From the NCBI RefSeq assembly GCF_009914755.1, contig NC_060937.1: a stretch of 64,000 nt of DNA; one strand, written 5' to 3'. The notes under the pieces were generated by a model. That model worked only from the letters and a program-made list of their open reading frames with translations. It was not told where the DNA came from and ran no database searches. Origin of the DNA: the human T2T-CHM13v2.0 reference genome, Homo sapiens. A program made the position numbers and the translations under genes. Positions 61,726 through 64,000 of this stretch are shown here, in pieces (position 1 is the stretch's first letter; each line of letters starts with the position of its first letter).

Positions 61726-64000
61726 ACATCAATTAGAAGATTTTCTTGGCTCTTAATTTTCATTTTGTCTCTTATGGGCGTATAAGTTAGTAATAATATT
61801 TAATTCCTGAAGTTGTATTCTTTTCATACACTTAGTGTAGCAAGCAAACAAAATAAATCATATATAAATAATCGCAAATAATTCATTGCAGTATTTTTGT
61901 TTAAAATGAACTTTAATGAGGATTTAAAATCTTTTTGTGTATTTTTTTCCTCTTTGGAGTTAAGATATTTAATTAATTTTGCATTTATGGATTTAATATA
62001 AACAAAATGTGTAAGTTAGTTACATATAGCTTTTTTATGTTTCATTTTAAATTACAGTGATTTAGTTTGCTTATATTATTATTTGAAGTGCCAAAGCTTA
62101 ATATAATTTTTAGTGCTATACTAACAAGGTGCTGTATGTTTCTTTCATGATATTCCTTATTTAGAGAGTTTGGAAAATGGCAATTTCAGTAATTTAATAT
62201 GTAAGACATATTGAAATTCTTCATAAATCATGGTAAAACAGGATTTTTGGAGGAAGGAATGTGATATGTGAAGTCACCGTGTAAATATCATGTCATTTGC
62301 TGAAGTTGTCCTCATATTTTTCTCAAAATGTATTAGATGAACTCATTATAGTCAATGAAAAACAGTAAGAAAAAGAGACATCTGGCATCCAAATGCCTGT
62401 TTCTGACAAGGTTAAGATCACTCTGGCTAGTAATGTTTCTGCTCTGTGTACTGACATTGCCTGTTGCTACAGAAACTGATAAGAGCTATTGAAAACTTAC
62501 ATGCCTGTGATTAATATAACCTACACAGATGCAATCATTTATAGTTTTTCTGCAGTTCATGCCTAACTTCCTATTTGAATCATGGATTAAATCCTCAAAG
62601 TACTTTAGTGTCACAAAGAGGTATTCTGGAAACACGAGTTATCTAAGTTGAAGTTTATGGTATCAACTGAGAGCATGTTCTGTTAAAGATGTAAATGCAT
62701 ACTGAGAAATATGTAGGTTTTTTGACTACTGATCTGTTTTTTTATTGCTATTATAAAATATCCTATTGGCATTTAGTTTTATTTCTATGTAATATCACAG
62801 CGTGTATGCTTTACAAAACATATTTATTTGAATAAAAGTCATTGAAATATCAAAATTACTACTTCCTTTTTGAAATCATTCTTTTATCAGCCTCAATAAA
62901 AATAAAATTGAGATGTTTTTAGTACTATGTAAATATTTTGATGAGCTATTTGAAAATATTCTAATATTTGATTTCTAGAAACTTCTAATTGTGTTTTGTA
63001 ATCTAGAGATCAACATTTATATTGAAGTTTCAACTATCTAGTTAGAAAGTTAAACATTTTAATATCCATTGTAAGTCAAATAGTTGAGCAGAAAAGCAAA
63101 ATATTATGTAGTTGGTGGCAAAAGTCTTTTGATGTGGTAGCTTGTGAACACCAAATCAGATTTTATTTCCTTAGGTATTTTGTTTGCTAGTGAAATGCTT
63201 ATATTCCAGTCTAATATAGCTTGAGAAGTTTAAACTTTTTGTATAGCTGTTAATGTAACATGTCATATATAACGATACTTAGACATTATATTAATGGAAA
63301 GTCAAAACACTAGACCATATCTGTAAATTAGCTAAATTCACACTAAGTGTTAGATATGATTGTATGACTTCTGATAATTAAACTCTATAAAAATTAGCCC
63401 ATGCTAGTAACCATGACACTGTTTTGTTTTTGTTGTTGTTAAAGTTTTTGTTTCTGCATTTACATTTTCTGTCCTCTTGTCGCTATAACTATTTAAACTA
63501 TTTAATTCTCTCCTGATACTTTGCTGCAATTGTTTTCTCTCAAAAAATGTACAATCCATAGATACAAATGTATGTTAAAATATATTCAGTGGTATCTCTA
63601 ATAGTGAAAATAACTGCCTCAGTCATCTTATCTTCTCATTCTAGATTTGTAGGTTATTTTATCAACTTCCAAAATTTTGGCTATTGCCTCAGTTTGAATG
63701 ATCCCAAAATGTACGGCTATTCTTCTTTTGACCTACAGATATAAATATCTTAGAGATTCTGTAGACTAAAAGTGATTCAAAATTTAGTTAATTATTTTCC
63801 TGAAGAAATCTCATTTTCTTCCTTTCTCAGTTAGTGACGTATTACCACTCTTTTTCTTAACCTAGATATTTCAGAAATACCCTTAGTCTTCTCCTCCTTC
63901 TCATTTATAGGGTTACTATTCTAATTTAAGTCTTAGTCTTCTCTGACAAGATTTTATTAAAAATGCCAAACTATTGTCTTTACTTCTTACCTGTTTCCTT

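Overview
AT-rich, Alu/L1-dense primate (human-like) genomic DNA from the middle of the neurobeachin gene (NBEA), + strand. I traced 13 GT-AG coding exons between 12631 and 54435 (2591 nt in total) that join in one open frame. They include a 1017-nt exon carrying the PKA-anchoring helix, a 9-nt microexon (GSK) and a 96-nt phase-symmetric cassette-like exon. Both ends of the window are intronic. The introns hold about 17 Alus, old L1/L2/MIR/MaLR fragments and hAT DNA transposons. The most unusual structure is a ~4.2-kb ERV1 element (- strand, ~14467-18652) shaped like retroviral RNA rather than a provirus: R-U5-PBS-gag-pro-RT/env-PPT-U3-R, then a decayed poly(A) tail and a ~14-bp target-site duplication, inserted into a MER58/Cheshire transposon. 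It is most likely an ERV transcript retroposed by L1. No rRNA, tRNA or CRISPR features were seen, and I cannot claim a new biological system. Repeat subfamily names are by-eye recognition and repeat boundaries are approximate.
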